Origin: Selaginella moellendorffii
Taxonomy: Eukaryota > Plantae > Lycopodiophyta
Assembly: GCF_000143415.4 (NCBI RefSeq)
Contig: NW_003314262.1
Location: 5,020,389 to 5,084,388 of the forward strand
DNA length: 64,000 bases
Direction of reading: 5' to 3'
The position numbers and the translations under genes were made by a program. The notes beneath the pieces were generated by a model. It did not search any database. It saw nothing but the letters and a program-made list of their open reading frames with translations, and was not told where the DNA came from. The first letter of the stretch is position 1. Each line of letters begins with the position of its first letter. This document shows, piece after piece, positions 63,873 to 64,000 of this stretch.

Positions 63873-64000
63873 TCAGCTCGATTCGATCGCCCTGTTCTTC
63901 CTGCTACCACTCAAGCCGCTCGTCAAACCATAGTAGCTCTCGTACCACTTGACGAACTTCTTGAGCCCCGTGTAGAGATCCGTGCTGGGATTGTAGCGCA
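63873..64000 (-). CDS. GAE: UDP-glucuronate 4-epimerase, 3' end only (runs off window)
   Basis: RYNPSTDLYTGLKKFVKWYESYY matches the GAE C-terminal motif; TGA 63873-63875. Confidence 0.8.
   Translation of the reverse strand, partial: RYNPSTDLYTGLKKFVKWYESYYGLTSGLSGSRKNRAIESS

Overview
Gene-dense plant nuclear DNA with very short (~50-60 bp) introns. This is most consistent with the lycophyte Selaginella (inference from intron size, a flagellar MOK kinase, a nuclear mitochondrial-type rps7 and PLS-type PPR debris). 0-31.6 kb holds MRS2, alpha-tubulin, dolichol kinase, a VTI1-type SNARE, a SINA-like ligase, RPS26, a scrambled EamA/F-box tandem duplication, MOK kinase, three tandem secreted genes fusing an unrecognised domain to a GNA/bulb lectin, a TMEM242-like gene, rps7, a NERD-domain gene, a WEB-family gene and AS8. 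31.7-36.7 kb has tRNA-Ser(GCT) among pseudogene fragments. 37.7-49.5 kb is a Ty3/gypsy element lacking its RT core, with a second LTR element nested in it in reverse orientation. 51-64 kb has a 2OG dioxygenase, three pectin methylesterases, an aspartic protease and the 3' end of UDP-glucuronate 4-epimerase. The best novelty candidate is the lectin trio (signal peptide, variable unknown domain ending in RDEL, linker, conserved lectin), which has an A-B defence-toxin-like layout. Next are recurrent clean micro-inversions in duplicated gene fragments and a hierarchical satellite inside the nested LTRs. All calls are by-eye motif recognition; no database search was run, and multi-exon coordinates give start-to-stop spans.
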